Source of the DNA: an uncultured cyanobacterium
GTDB lineage: Bacteria > Cyanobacteriota > Cyanobacteriia > Phormidesmidales > Phormidesmidaceae
DNA: 64,000 bases
Reading direction: 5' to 3'
NCBI GenBank assembly: GCA_963793265.1
Contig: CAWBZI010000001.1
Span: forward strand, 608,001-672,000
The notes beneath the pieces were generated by a model that ran no database searches, was not told where the DNA came from, and was given only the letters and a program-made list of their open reading frames with translations. Of the stretch, positions 18,685 to 29,802 are shown piece by piece. The translations under genes and the position numbers were made by a program. Within the stretch, counting starts at the first letter, position 1. Each line of letters begins with the position of its first letter.

Positions 18685-21396
18685 ATGAGTAGTCCTCAAG
18701 AGCGCATCGTGCCAACAGACCTGCGCAATGAGATGTCTAGATCCTATCTCGAATACGCTATGAGCGTAATTGTAGGTAGAGCCCTTCCAGATGCGAGGGA
18801 TGGCCTTAAGCCAGTGCACAGGCGCATTTTGTATGCCATGCACGAGCTAGGACTGACGGCGGATAGACCCTTTCGTAAGTGCGCTCGCGTCGTCGGTGAA
18901 GTGCTCGGTAAGTACCACCCCCACGGCGATACAGCGGTGTACGACGCGCTTGTGCGAATGGCCCAAGACTTTTCCATGCGCCACCCGCTGATCAACGGCC
19001 ATGGCAACTTCGGCTCTATCGACAATGACCCGCCAGCGGCCATGAGATATACCGAGTCGCGGCTTCAGGCGCTCACGGGCGCAGCCCTGCTGCAAGATAT
19101 TGAAGCTGAAACCGTTGACTTTGCTGACAACTTTGACGGATCGCAGCAAGAGCCTGTCGTGCTGCCTGCGCGCATTCCGCAGCTCCTTATCAATGGCTCC
19201 TCGGGCATCGCCGTGGGTATGGCCACCAATATTCCGCCGCACAACTTAGGCGAAGTTATCAATGGCACTATCGCCCTAATTGACAATCCCGAACTCACCA
19301 GCATTGAGCTGATGGAGTATATTCCAGGGCCAGATTTTCCGACGGGTGCCCAGATTATGGGCACTAGGGGCATTCGCGAGGCTTACACAACGGGTCGCGG
19401 ATCGGTAACGATGCGCGGCGTGGCCAACATCGAGACGCAGGAAAATAGGGGTCGCCCCGATCGCGAAACGATCATCATCACTGAGCTGCCCTACCAAACG
19501 AACAAGGCAGCGCTGATTGAAAAAATCGCTGACATGGTGAACGAGCGCCGGTTAGAAGGCATATCCGATCTACGCGATGAGAGCGATAGAGACGGGATGC
19601 GGATCGTAATTGAACTCAAGCGTGATGCCTACCCGCGCGTAGTGCTCAACAACCTTTACAAGCAAACGCCGCTGCAAAACAACTTTGGCGTCAACATGCT
19701 GGGCTTGGTTAACGGCGAGCCTCAGCTCCTCACGCTGCGAGACTTTCTCCAGGTCTTTCTCGACTTCCGCGTTGAAACCATCACCCGCCGTACGCGCTAC
19801 CAGTTGCGCAAAGCTCAAGAGCGCGATCACCTCTTGCAGGGCTATCTAATTGCCTTAGACAACCTAGACGCGGTAATTGCGCTCATTCGGGGCTCTGCGG
19901 ATGCGGCATCGGCAAAGGCTGAGCTAATTGAGTCTTACGGATTTTCGAGCACGCAGGCCGATGCCATTTTGCAGATGCAGTTGCGCCGACTGACGGCTTT
20001 AGAAGCTGAGAAGATTCAGCAGGAGCACGAGGAGCTAACGAATCGGATTGCCGATCTTGAAGATATTTTGGCGAATCGTGATCGCATTCTCAGCATCATC
20101 AAGTCAGAGATCACAGCCATTCGTGACGCTCATGCCAACGAGCGCCGCACCGTCCTCGAAGCCGACGAAAACGATCTTTCAGACATCTCGCTAATTGCCA
20201 ACGAGCAAGTAGCCATTCTAGTCACCGAGCAAGGCTATATCAAGCGAATGCTGGTAGATACCTTTGAGGCGCAAAACCGAGCCACACGCGGTAAGTCTGG
20301 CACCCGCATGAAGGACGATGACGGCATTGAGCACTTCATGACCTGCTGTAGCCATGACCACGTGATTTTCTTCACCGATAGAGGCGTGGCTTATTCGCTC
20401 AGAGCCTATCAAATCCCTGAAAGCTCACGCACGGCCAAAGGCTATCCCCTCGTACAAATGCTGCCGATTCCTAAGGAGGAAAAGGTGACTTCTGTCATTA
20501 GCGCTAGCGAATTTAGTGAAGACGAGTACCTGGTCATGCTCACTCAGGGCGGTTTTGTAAAAAAGACCGCACTCTCCGCCTTCAGTCGGATTCGTACCAA
20601 CGGCCTAATTGCGATTTCTTTAGAAGAAGGTGACGAGCTGAGATGGGTACGCCTAGCGCGCGCTGAAGATAGCATTCTCATTGGCTCTCAGCGCGGTATG
20701 ACGATTCACTTTAAGACCGATCATGCTCAGCTCCGTCCGTTGGGTAGACCGACTAAAGGCGTCAGGGCGATGTCTTTGCGAGAGGGCGATCGCCTAATCA
20801 GCATGGATATCCTTTCTTCTCAAATCGTTGCAGCTATTGAGGCCGCTACCGCCGAAGCCGCTGACGACGACAGCGAAGATGAGGTCACTGTTGATCAGGG
20901 GCCATGGGTACTGGTCGTATCAGCCGGTGGATTGGGCAAGCGCGTGCCGGTTTCTAACTTCCGCCTGCAAAATCGAGCGGGCATGGGGCTCGTCGCGATA
21001 AAGTTCCGCAAGGATGATGACGAGCTAGTCGCGCTCAGGATTGCGGGCGCAGAAGATGAGCTGATGATTGTCAGTCAGCGCGGCATTATTATGCGGCAGG
21101 CCATTGATGCGATTTCGGTTCAGTCGCGGATGGCAACAGGCGTGCAGTTGCAGCGGTTGGATAGTGATGATGCGATCGCCGCTGTTGCCCTCGTACCTCA
21201 CCTTGAAGAAGAGGATGACTTGCCCTCAGAAGACACCGCTGAAGTGATTGCTGAAACTATTGCCGAAACGCAGGTCATCGCTGACCTAGAAGCTGCTGCC
21301 GAAGAAGGAGAAGCCGTTGATGAAGCTCACGACGCCCTAATGCTGCTACAGCAGGAAGCCGCCGCCGAAGCTGACAGCGAGCCTACCGATAGCTAG
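18685..21396 (+). CDS. gyrA: DNA gyrase subunit A
   Basis: [32 protein letters not shown] active site, GyrA-box QNRATRG, acidic C-tail. Confidence 0.97.
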   Translation: MSSPQERIVPTDLRNEMSRSYLEYAMSVIVGRALPDARDGLKPVHRRILYAMHELGLTADRPFRKCARVVGEVLGKYHPHGDTAVYDALVRMAQDFSMRHPLINGHGNFGSIDNDPPAAMRYTESRLQALTGAALLQDIEAETVDFADNFDGSQQEPVVLPARIPQLLINGSSGIAVGMATNIPPHNLGEVINGTIALIDNPELTSIELMEYIPGPDFPTGAQIMGTRGIREAYTTGRGSVTMRGVANIETQENRGRPDRETIIITELPYQTNKAALIEKIADMVNERRLEGISDLRDESDRDGMRIVIELKRDAYPRVVLNNLYKQTPLQNNFGVNMLGLVNGEPQLLTLRDFLQVFLDFRVETITRRTRYQLRKAQERDHLLQGYLIALDNLDAVIALIRGSADAASAKAELIESYGFSSTQADAILQMQLRRLTALEAEKIQQEHEELTNRIADLEDILANRDRILSIIKSEITAIRDAHANERRTVLEADENDLSDISLIANEQVAILVTEQGYIKRMLVDTFEAQNRATRGKSGTRMKDDDGIEHFMTCCSHDHVIFFTDRGVAYSLRAYQIPESSRTAKGYPLVQMLPIPKEEKVTSVISASEFSEDEYLVMLTQGGFVKKTALSAFSRIRTNGLIAISLEEGDELRWVRLARAEDSILIGSQRGMTIHFKTDHAQLRPLGRPTKGVRAMSLREGDRLISMDILSSQIVAAIEAATAEAADDDSEDEVTVDQGPWVLVVSAGGLGKRVPVSNFRLQNRAGMGLVAIKFRKDDDELVALRIAGAEDELMIVSQRGIIMRQAIDAISVQSRMATGVQLQRLDSDDAIAAVALVPHLEEEDDLPSEDTAEVIAETIAETQVIADLEAAAEEGEAVDEAHDALMLLQQEAAAEADSEPTDS

Positions 21397-21437
21397 TTCT
21401 CTAAGTAGCTGGTACAAAGTCAACAAACTAAATTAGC

Positions 21438-21480
21438 AAAGCCGCTATCGATCCTAAAGCAGATCGGTAGCGGCTTTTTT
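21438..21480 (+). terminator. Intrinsic terminator after gyrA
   Basis: GCCGCTATCGATC...GATCGGTAGCGGC-TTTTTT. Confidence 0.85.
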
Positions 21481-21770
21481 GTATAAAGAATCTGCCTTTG
21501 GATAGTCATCATTATTGCCTCGCCGAGCTAACCTCCCGTAACCGCTGATTCGGTTGACTCGTTTTTTGAATTAATTTCGTTAAACGATCACCATTCACAT
21601 CACAAGGCATAGGTGATACGCATCACAAACAAGCCTTTAGCAACGCCTAAAAGATAGATACATAGCAAGCACTTTGTTAAAAAGGTTCGCTAATCTCCGT
21701 GGATTCCCGTTGCGATCAACACTAAAGCTGTACCCTATTTCTAAATATCAGCAAAACTTGCTGATAGCTG

Positions 21771-23483
21771 ATGCTAGCGTTCCAAACACACCAAACTTCA
21801 CCAGACTCAAACCAAAATATGATTCATCTAATGCCGCCCCCAGCAATGGGTAGTAGCTTAGTCGGGTTCGGCCCATCCCCAACCCTTGCTCAGACCGTTG
21901 TCGAAGCAGACAACTTCTCTGAGCTTTGGGCTAGCCTGCTTGCCTTCGTGCCCACACTCATAGGGGCCTTAATATTCCTGATTGGCGGGCTCATTCTTGC
22001 CTATGCCGTTGCCTGGATAATTAAGAACCTGCTCAAAAAGACGACCATCGACGAACGAATCGGGGCTGCGATTAGTGGCTCATCCACCAATCATCTCAAC
22101 CTATCCAAATGGATCAGCGATGGTATTTTTTGGATAATTGCCATACTGGCCATTATTGGCTTTCTCAATGCCCTGAACCTAGAAGTGGTATCAGAGCCGT
22201 TGAGCAATCTCATCGACACCGTACTTCAGTATATTCCGCGCATCATTAGCGCAGGCGTGTTGCTACTCGTTGCATGGATTATTGCAACCGTTGTCAAAAC
22301 GATTGTTAACCGCATCTTTGAAGGCTTTAACTTAGACGACAAGCTAGCTGAGAACACAGGCGTCGATCCCCGAGAGAATTCCATTCGCATCCACGAAACT
22401 CTAGGAACTGCGCTCTATTGGTTCGTATTTCTGCTGTTTTTGCCGCCCGTGCTCAACGCGTTAGACCTCAATGGTTTGCTCGCGCCGGTTCAGAATTTAC
22501 TTGACCAGTTCCTATCAGCGATTCCTAAGATCATCTTTGCGCTGTTGCTATTTGGTGCAGGCTGGCTAGTTGCCAAAATCGTTCGCGGTATTGTCACAAA
22601 CTTACTATCGGCTACTGGCATAGACAACATCGGTCATCGCGTGGGCTTAGCACGTACGCCCGCTACCACAAGCGGAATCTCACTTTCTGGGCTAATCGGC
22701 ACCATCGTCTATGTCTTAATCCTGATTCCGTTTGCTATATCTGCCCTCCAAGCACTAGATATTGAGGCCATCTCTGATCCGGCTGTCAACATGCTTGACC
22801 AGGTGTTGACGTTCATTCCGTTGCTGATCACTGCAGGCGCTGTACTCGCAGGGTTCTACTTTATCGGTCGGTTTGTCAGTGAGCTGGTTACAGGCTTGCT
22901 AGAAAGCGTTGGCTTCAACAGCATTCTCGACTCTTTGGGTCTTCCTGAAATGTCGCGATCCACGCCGCCAGTGCCACCCACGACGCCCGTTGCTGACTTG
23001 GGTGCCCCTGGGGCCACGATGATTCAGCCACCGACTGATACGCCTCAAAGCAAGACGCCTTCTGAAGTAGCTGGCTGGATTGCACTGGTAGGCATTGTGC
23101 TCTTTGGCGTTGTGACTGCAACTGAAATCCTTCAGCTCACACAGCTCACGCTGATTGTTCGCGCGGTCATGGAAATCGCGGCTCAAGTACTTGTCGGTGT
23201 GCTCATCTTTGCAATTGGCCTATATATCGCTAATTTGGCCTATCGCCTGATCAAAAGCAGTGGCGCTTCTAACATGTTGGCGCAAGCTGCCAGAGTGGTT
23301 ATTCTCGTGTTTGTTGGTGCTCTGTCACTCGCACAGATGGGTGTTGCGCCTAGCATTGTGAACCTGGCGTTTGGTTTGCTACTGGGCGCGGTTGCGATTG
23401 CAATTGCAGTCGCTTTCGGCTTAGGTGGCCGAGACGTTGCTGGCGAACAGCTCAAAGAATGGCTTAGCGATCTTAAAAAGTAA
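21771..23483 (+). CDS. CmpX-like / mechanosensitive-channel TM-helix repeat membrane protein
   Basis: Repeated P.II.A....GW.IA TM units; C-terminal AIAVAFGLGGRD.A. Start position uncertain. Confidence 0.8.
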   Translation: MLAFQTHQTSPDSNQNMIHLMPPPAMGSSLVGFGPSPTLAQTVVEADNFSELWASLLAFVPTLIGALIFLIGGLILAYAVAWIIKNLLKKTTIDERIGAAISGSSTNHLNLSKWISDGIFWIIAILAIIGFLNALNLEVVSEPLSNLIDTVLQYIPRIISAGVLLLVAWIIATVVKTIVNRIFEGFNLDDKLAENTGVDPRENSIRIHETLGTALYWFVFLLFLPPVLNALDLNGLLAPVQNLLDQFLSAIPKIIFALLLFGAGWLVAKIVRGIVTNLLSATGIDNIGHRVGLARTPATTSGISLSGLIGTIVYVLILIPFAISALQALDIEAISDPAVNMLDQVLTFIPLLITAGAVLAGFYFIGRFVSELVTGLLESVGFNSILDSLGLPEMSRSTPPVPPTTPVADLGAPGATMIQPPTDTPQSKTPSEVAGWIALVGIVLFGVVTATEILQLTQLTLIVRAVMEIAAQVLVGVLIFAIGLYIANLAYRLIKSSGASNMLAQAARVVILVFVGALSLAQMGVAPSIVNLAFGLLLGAVAIAIAVAFGLGGRDVAGEQLKEWLSDLKK

Positions 23484-23545
23484 GCGAAGCAAAGGGCTGT
23501 AGCAATAACGAATAATGATTTAGTCAAGCTACAGCCTTATTTCTC

Positions 23546-23594
23546 AAAACCCGTCGCTGTCAGGATTTTTTCCTTCAGCGGCGGGTTTCGTTTT
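23546..23594 (+). terminator. Intrinsic terminator
   Basis: AAACCCGTCGCTG...CAGCGGCGGGTTT-CGTTTT. Confidence 0.7.
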
Positions 23595-23687
23595 AAAGCC
23601 TTGCTATACAATTAGGCTCTGAAGTGTAAAAAGCGACTCCAAAGCAATAGACCCTGTAGAAAAAGCCCATTAAAAACCAATACCTCA

Positions 23688-23894
23688 ATGAAAAGCAATG
23701 AGCTTGCAAGATACATAGAAGCCACTGACGGTATGGGCAAACCCTGGCTGCTCGTTCAGCTTCGACTCGCCAAACTAAAAGAGCGCCGCCACGAACTCAC
23801 CACTGAAGAATTTAATGATCAGCTCGCCGAACTCCACGCAGAGCTGATGAAGCTAGGGCAGTGGTGGGTGGGTCAAGAAAAAGATGTGTTTTAA
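23688..23894 (+). CDS. Conserved small cyanobacterial hypothetical protein
   Basis: ARYIEATDG..KPWLL.QLRL.KL.E...LG.WW.G.E..VF; lies immediately upstream of ppk1. Confidence 0.75.
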   Translation: MKSNELARYIEATDGMGKPWLLVQLRLAKLKERRHELTTEEFNDQLAELHAELMKLGQWWVGQEKDVF

Positions 23895-23928
23895 AACCTA
23901 TTCAATTTAAGTTCAAGCCGTAAAGCGT

Positions 23929-26193
23929 ATGAGTAAGGCCCCAACTAACCATAAAAGCGGTGGTCAACCGGCTACTAAAGCTGAAACCAAATTAGCCGAT
24001 GAAAAACAAGGTAATAGCAAAAATCAGAGCAAAGCAGCAAAGCATATCTCCACCGAAAAGATCTCTTTGGGCGATACGCAGTGGTATCTCAGCCGCGAAC
24101 TAAGCTGGCTAGAGTTCAACCGCAGAGTGCTCCACGAAGCCTTGGACGAACGCACACCGCTGCTAGAGCGTCTTAAGTTTCTAGCCATCTTCAGCGCAAA
24201 CTTAGACGAATATTTTATGGTGCGCGTCGCCGTCACCAAACAGCAGATAGACGCCAGTGTTAGCAAGCGCACGCCCGATGGCCGTAATCCGGTAGAGCAG
24301 CTACAGGCCATCAGCCAGCGACTCAGGCCGATGATTGCGCAGATGCATCATTATTTTCAGGCAGACTTGCGATCGCTAATGACCCAAGACGGTATCTATT
24401 TACTGAGCTATCCAGACTTAACGCCAGAGCAAAGCGCCTATCTCGATACATACTTCAACGAACAAGTATTTCCCGTACTTACGCCCTTAGCCGTAGATTC
24501 TGGACATCCCTTTCCATACATCTCTAACCTCAGCTTGAATTTAGCCGTTGAGATTCAAGATAAGGAATCTAATGAGTCTCATTTTGCACGGGTGAAAGTG
24601 CCTAAGGTTCTGCCAAGGTTTGTGCAGATTCCAGAAAGCTTGCGACCCGCGATCGCGCCCGACTCTAAAGATTCTGCTGCCGGGCCGCCCTGCCATTGGA
24701 TAGGCGTACCGATGGAGCAAGTCATCGCGCACAACATCGCCGCGCTGTTTCCAGGAATGGAGGTCATAGACTGCCATTCATTTCGCATTACCCGCAACGC
24801 AGATTTGGCCCTAGAAGAAGACGAAGCGGATGATTTGATGCTGGCAATTGAGCAGGAGCTGCGCAAGCGTAGGCTAGGCGGGTCTGTGGTGAGGATGGAG
24901 CTAGAGTCGGGAATGAACCCGGACATGCGCAACACGCTCATGAACGAACTGAATATCAAAGAAGAAGACGTTTACGAAGTAGAAGGGCCGCTAGGCTTTG
25001 CCGATCTCATGAGCCTGATGGGGTTGCCGCTACCTGAGCTTAAAGATCCGCGCTGGTCACCTGTTACGCCGCCTTCTTGGAAAAACGCGGCTCAGGCTGA
25101 AGGTGACGATGTATTTGGCCTAATTCGCAGACGCGATCGCCTCGTCCACCATCCTTACCACGCCTTTTCTGGCACGGTTCAAGCCTTCATTACTCAGGCA
25201 GCTATCGACCCTGACGTACTCGCCATCAAAATGACGCTGTACCGAACCTCGGGCGACTCTCCGATTGTCAACGCCTTGATCAAAGCCGCTGAAAATGGCA
25301 AGCAGGTCGTTGCCTTAGTAGAACTCAAGGCCAGGTTTGACGAAGAAAATAATATCAACTGGGCTCGTACGCTAGAGCGTTCAGGTGTCCATGTTGTATA
25401 TGGGCTCATGGGACTAAAAACCCACACCAAAGTCGCGCTCGTCGTCCGCCGCGAAAAAGATATGATTCGCCGCTACGTGCACATTGGCACTGGCAACTAC
25501 AATCCTAAAACAGCAAAGCTCTATACCGATCTAGGCTTACTGAGCTGTCGGCCTGAGCTAGGCACCGACCTTACAGACTTATTCAACTATCTAACGGGCT
25601 ACTCTAAGCAGCAGTCATATCAGAAGCTATTGATTGCGCCAGTTAGCTTGCGATCGCAAATGACTGAGTACATTCGTCATGAGGCTAAACTTGCAGCCGA
25701 CGGCAAAGAAGGCCGCATTATCGTCAAAATGAACGCCCTTGTCGATCACAAAATGATTGCCGAACTCTATAAGGCATCGCAAGCGGGTGTACAGATAGAC
25801 CTGATCGTGCGGGGTATCTGCTGCCTGCGTCCTGGCATTCCAGGGCTGAGCGAAAACATCCGAGTCATCAGCGTTATTGGTCGGTTTTTAGAACACTCTC
25901 GTATCTTTTACTTCCAAAATGGCGATCAAAACGGCAGCGCAGCCCGCTACTACATTGGATCAGCCGACTGGATGCCGCGCAATCTTGACCGCAGAGTAGA
26001 AGCGCTCGTGCCTATAGAAGATCCGTCCTTACAGAAAGAGCTTTTTGAACTACTAAACATCTGCTTAGAAGACAATCGTAAGGCTTGGGAAATGCAGTCC
26101 GACGGTACTTATATTCAAAGACATCCTCAAAAGGGAGAGCCTAAACGAAACACCCATAAGATTCTGATGAAGAAAGCGCTTAGCCAGCGTTAG
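23929..26193 (+). CDS. ppk1: Polyphosphate kinase 1
   Basis: RELSWLEFN.RVL, NLDEYFMVRVA, HHPY, ELKARFDEENNI, KTH.K, GRFLEHSR, SADWM.RNLDRRVE. Confidence 0.97.
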   Translation: MSKAPTNHKSGGQPATKAETKLADEKQGNSKNQSKAAKHISTEKISLGDTQWYLSRELSWLEFNRRVLHEALDERTPLLERLKFLAIFSANLDEYFMVRVAVTKQQIDASVSKRTPDGRNPVEQLQAISQRLRPMIAQMHHYFQADLRSLMTQDGIYLLSYPDLTPEQSAYLDTYFNEQVFPVLTPLAVDSGHPFPYISNLSLNLAVEIQDKESNESHFARVKVPKVLPRFVQIPESLRPAIAPDSKDSAAGPPCHWIGVPMEQVIAHNIAALFPGMEVIDCHSFRITRNADLALEEDEADDLMLAIEQELRKRRLGGSVVRMELESGMNPDMRNTLMNELNIKEEDVYEVEGPLGFADLMSLMGLPLPELKDPRWSPVTPPSWKNAAQAEGDDVFGLIRRRDRLVHHPYHAFSGTVQAFITQAAIDPDVLAIKMTLYRTSGDSPIVNALIKAAENGKQVVALVELKARFDEENNINWARTLERSGVHVVYGLMGLKTHTKVALVVRREKDMIRRYVHIGTGNYNPKTAKLYTDLGLLSCRPELGTDLTDLFNYLTGYSKQQSYQKLLIAPVSLRSQMTEYIRHEAKLAADGKEGRIIVKMNALVDHKMIAELYKASQAGVQIDLIVRGICCLRPGIPGLSENIRVISVIGRFLEHSRIFYFQNGDQNGSAARYYIGSADWMPRNLDRRVEALVPIEDPSLQKELFELLNICLEDNRKAWEMQSDGTYIQRHPQKGEPKRNTHKILMKKALSQR

Positions 26194-26220
26194 TCAGTCT
26201 GCCGTCATTGAGCAAATCGA

Positions 26221-26436
26221 TTATTCAAACTTTTCTAGCTGATCGAGCTTTAGCCAGGCATTAGGCGTCGGCACTCGTCCAAACTTGACCAGAGCGTAGT
26301 CATCGCGAGTGTCTAAAATTTCGCCTTTAGTATCAAACACGTAGCTAGAGAGGCGGCGATCGCTAGCCTTCGCTTCCACGCTATTTTCAAACTTCTCGCG
26401 CACCAAACGAACAAAATCCCCTTTTTTAACCGGCAT
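26221..26436 (-). CDS. ndhO: NAD(P)H-quinone oxidoreductase subunit O
   Basis: [21 protein letters not shown]...Y.F...GEI......YA.VKFG.VPTPN.WL.LDQLE. Confidence 0.92.
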   Translation of the reverse strand: MPVKKGDFVRLVREKFENSVEAKASDRRLSSYVFDTKGEILDTRDDYALVKFGRVPTPNAWLKLDQLEKFE

Positions 26437-26556
26437 AGGTGAAGCTCTCAACTATAAATATCTAGCGTTCATTGTATCGTTCTAGGCGATCGTGCGCTGA
26501 TTAATCACATCACTCTATTGATGCTATGTACTGATGCTATGTACGACCGCCTGCGG

Positions 26557-27441
26557 CTACTTCTGGCAGCTAGGACAGTAGTGCGCCGAACGCCCAGCTA
26601 AAGACACACGAACGATTTCACGCTCACACTCACGACAGGGCTCACCTTCTCTGCCATAGACCCAGGCCACCCCACCATAGTTGCCATTCGTACCGTGAAC
26701 ATCACGGAAGTCACTAAAGGTCGTGCCGCCGGATTCAATGCTAGTCGTCAATACCTGAACAATGGCTTTATGTAGCTTTGTGATGCGTTTTTTAGAGAGG
26801 CGATCGCACATCACCTCAGGCCGAATACCGCTCATAAAAAGCGCCTCGTCGGCATAGATATTACCAATTCCAGCTACCAGCTTTTGATCTAATAGCGCAT
26901 TCTTAATCGGCCTTTTGCGCCCCTTCAAAGCATCGACCAGATAGCCCACCGAAAAGTCTTCCGAAAAAGGCTCAGGCCCCAAATTATTCAGCCCAGTCAT
27001 CACATCCTCAACAGGCCGATCGGGCGGCACCCACCACAGACGCCCAAACGTTCGCTGATCGACATATCGTAGCTCTCTACCACCGTCAAAAAACAGCCGA
27101 ACCCGACAGTGCGTTTGCAGCGCCTCATCTTGAGACACCCAAAGTAGCTGCCCGGTCATTCGGAGATGAACCCCTAGCCAGCCAGCCGCCCTAGTACGAT
27201 CTTCAGCGCCATTTTTAGCGTGATCGCCCGATTCCGAACGCCTTAGCTCACCCAGCAAATACTTTCCTCGACGGTGCCAAGTCGCTAAATGAGCACCTTC
27301 TATGCCCACCAGAAAGCTATCAGACTGCTCAGGATAGGCAATCGTACGCGCCAGCCGAACGTCTCCACCTCGAACCGGCTGATTTAACGAAACTCGGTTA
27401 AGCCCTCGGCGGACAGTTTCTACTTCAGGTAGCTCGGGCAC
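26557..27441 (-). CDS. mutM: Formamidopyrimidine-DNA glycosylase
   Basis: N-terminal PELPEVE, RRGKYL, HLRMTG, GIGNIYADE, C-terminal zinc finger. Confidence 0.97.
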   Translation of the reverse strand: MPELPEVETVRRGLNRVSLNQPVRGGDVRLARTIAYPEQSDSFLVGIEGAHLATWHRRGKYLLGELRRSESGDHAKNGAEDRTRAAGWLGVHLRMTGQLLWVSQDEALQTHCRVRLFFDGGRELRYVDQRTFGRLWWVPPDRPVEDVMTGLNNLGPEPFSEDFSVGYLVDALKGRKRPIKNALLDQKLVAGIGNIYADEALFMSGIRPEVMCDRLSKKRITKLHKAIVQVLTTSIESGGTTFSDFRDVHGTNGNYGGVAWVYGREGEPCRECEREIVRVSLAGRSAHYCPSCQK

Positions 27442-27492
27442 TGCGATCGCCTTTCAACAAATTATCTCAATCAAATACATTCAAACCAGCAC

Positions 27493-27915
27493 TCAGCTAG
27501 CCGCAGACCTGTTCTTACTTTTGGCCTTCGGCGCTGGGTTTCTCGGTGCTTTTTTATCGGCAGGCGTTGCGATCGCCTTGCCTTCGGGCTCAACACTATC
27601 TTTACTAGCAGCTTCAACAGGAGCCGTCTGCTTGCTAGCAGAACCAGCCACGGCCTTAGAACTACCGCTAGAACCATTGACAGCATTATTCTGAGCAGGT
27701 CGCCGCTTACTCGCCTTTTTAGCAGGCGCTTCAACCTCTACCAGCTCAAACTCTGCGAAGTTATTGGTATTTACGCCTGAGTAGTTCACTTTACTAAAGC
27801 GCACCACCACCGGATACTTAATGCCGCTTTGATCCACAGAGGCCACAGAGCCAATCTCTCTGTACCAATAGGACTCAGGACGCAGAATCCTTACCTTAGA
27901 GCCACGCTGAACCAT
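27493..27915 (-). CDS. psaE: Photosystem I subunit IV (PsaE), second copy with ~70-aa C-terminal extension
   Basis: [18 protein letters not shown]...[22 protein letters not shown] followed by a K/A/S/P-rich tail. Confidence 0.92.
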   Translation of the reverse strand: MVQRGSKVRILRPESYWYREIGSVASVDQSGIKYPVVVRFSKVNYSGVNTNNFAEFELVEVEAPAKKASKRRPAQNNAVNGSSGSSKAVAGSASKQTAPVEAASKDSVEPEGKAIATPADKKAPRNPAPKAKSKNRSAAS

Positions 27916-27957
27916 TATTAATCATTCTCAATAGCTATCAACCCTCTCGCCAAGCAC

Positions 27958-28003
27958 CTCAAGAACTGCCTATCTCTTGCAGAAGAGTCAAGCAGTTTTT
28001 GAG
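27958..28003. other. Stem-loop between the two psaE copies
   Basis: CTCAAGAACTGC...CTCTT/AAGAG...GCAGTTTTTGAG. Confidence 0.6.
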
Positions 28004-28049
28004 AGCGTTGAAACAAGCATCCAAATACAAGGGCACTCGGTTCTTTTTC

Positions 28050-28280
28050 TTACTTAGCCGCAGGCGTTTTTTTCATTGGTTTCTTAGCAGGAGCCTCAAC
28101 TTCTACGACTTCAGCTTCTGAAAAGTTATTCGTGTTCACACCCGCGTAGTTGACCTTATTAAAGCGCACCACAACAGGGTATTTGATGCCGCTTTGGTCT
28201 ACTGATGCGACAGCGCCAACTTCCCGATACCAGTAGGACTCGGGGCGGAGAATTCTGACCTTAGAACCACGCTGAACCAT
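28050..28280 (-). CDS. psaE: Photosystem I subunit IV (PsaE), canonical-length copy
   Basis: [18 protein letters not shown]...[19 protein letters not shown] before ATG 28280. Confidence 0.95.
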   Translation of the reverse strand: MVQRGSKVRILRPESYWYREVGAVASVDQSGIKYPVVVRFNKVNYAGVNTNNFSEAEVVEVEAPAKKPMKKTPAAK

Positions 28281-28579
28281 GAATACTAGCCCTCTTAAAA
28301 CATTAGATAGAACCGTCGCAACGTAAACCATCGCGCACCTTCTAAGGTTACTACTCTGTCGGAGAGAAGCCTCGGTTTTACTGTTTAAGTTTTATTGCTG
28401 CGAAACGATAATTTTTACAAAGAACGTTCATTTCACAATGCCTACTGACCCAAGATTCCTATCACTAACCGCCACTAGGTAATACGCCTCCAAAAGAAAA
28501 AGCTACCGAACGACGCTAGAGATCGTTTCGATAGCTTCAACCAGTCGCTGTAAGAGAGCAGACCTTGTAGAACTAACCG

Positions 28580-29617
28580 CTACACAGCATTAGGTACAGG
28601 CACTCGGAAGCCAGGCAGTACAACCTGAGACACCACATCGGCAGGCTGCAATAGCAGAGAGTCTGGAACGCTACCCTGTGCGGGCTGTAAAGGATTGGCC
28701 GTAGCCGGAGGGGCTGCTAGTAGAGGCGTTGTTCGAGCAGTCGGCACAAATGCAGTAGGAATACTCACCGCAGGCGTCGTGGCTACTGGCTCTTCAGCAG
28801 CTTCATTACTGCTACCACCAGAAATAGGCCGGGAAACTTCGATGCCATTCTCTTCTAGAATCACCCGAGGCTCAAAGGCGATTGTTTCAATGCGCTTGAC
28901 CCGAACATTGCCACCGCCGAGGCGATCGCCCACCTTCACATATCTTTCTGGCTCACTACCGGAGCGCACAATTGCATAGGGCTCATCGCCTAGCTGAATA
29001 ATGCCAGAAACCGAAATTGTCGGTGCAATAATAGGCTGCGGAATTGAAGGAAGTGCCGCAATAGGAGAGGGTAATACTAGCGGTTCATTAGGTGGCTGTA
29101 CGCGCACAGGTGGAGGTGTTGGCGCGGGCCGAGCGGCGACAGGCCGAGCCGTATTTCCACCAGATCCATTGCTAGCTCCACTGCCAGATCTATTTGCCGT
29201 GCGTCCACTGGAATTTCCGCCGCTTGGGTTTCCGCCACCAGAACCATTGCGAGCTGCTGCAACAGCATCGGGTGAAAGAACAACAGCATCGGGGGTTGGT
29301 GGGATTGGCAAACTGGCGAAGGGATCGACTCGGCTACGGGCGATCGCTCTAGCCCGAGCCGCCGGGTCAGTCGAACTAATCAAATCAACCGTAACCGTTC
29401 CGGCAGGCTGAGAGCCCTCTACAGTCGGGTCTTCGAAAGCTTCGGCATCTTCTGAAGCCTCTTCACCTAGCTGAGAGATAGAGTTTGGAATGGCCTCTAG
29501 AGCCTCTCCAGACTCAACAGACTCCACGATATCGACAACCGTGTTGCCGTCACGGTTGAAAAATTGGCAACCCGTCAACGGAATCGTTGCCAGTGAGATA
29601 AGCAGCAAACGCCGCAT
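28580..29617 (-). CDS. Lipoprotein, PilP-like type IV pilus alignment protein (putative)
   Basis: Lipobox LTGC, R.DPFA motif, disordered linker, beta domain VSGII.LG..PYAIV...RYVKVGD.L..G.VRVKRI. Confidence 0.6.
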   Translation of the reverse strand: MRRLLLISLATIPLTGCQFFNRDGNTVVDIVESVESGEALEAIPNSISQLGEEASEDAEAFEDPTVEGSQPAGTVTVDLISSTDPAARARAIARSRVDPFASLPIPPTPDAVVLSPDAVAAARNGSGGGNPSGGNSSGRTANRSGSGASNGSGGNTARPVAARPAPTPPPVRVQPPNEPLVLPSPIAALPSIPQPIIAPTISVSGIIQLGDEPYAIVRSGSEPERYVKVGDRLGGGNVRVKRIETIAFEPRVILEENGIEVSRPISGGSSNEAAEEPVATTPAVSIPTAFVPTARTTPLLAAPPATANPLQPAQGSVPDSLLLQPADVVSQVVLPGFRVPVPNAV

Positions 29618-29802
29618 GTGGTGTTCCCTCCCAGGACTGGTTAATCAAAAGGAATCGCAAACGCCTTACAAAATCTTTATCGGGTCGTCGCTAGCTTAGA
29701 GTAGACACAATTCACTTGAAAACTAACGTCCTGGGCAAAGAATGTAGCAAATTAGATTGAAACGTCCGGCGGCTACGCCTGATACTGCCTCCGCCTACCG
29801 AA

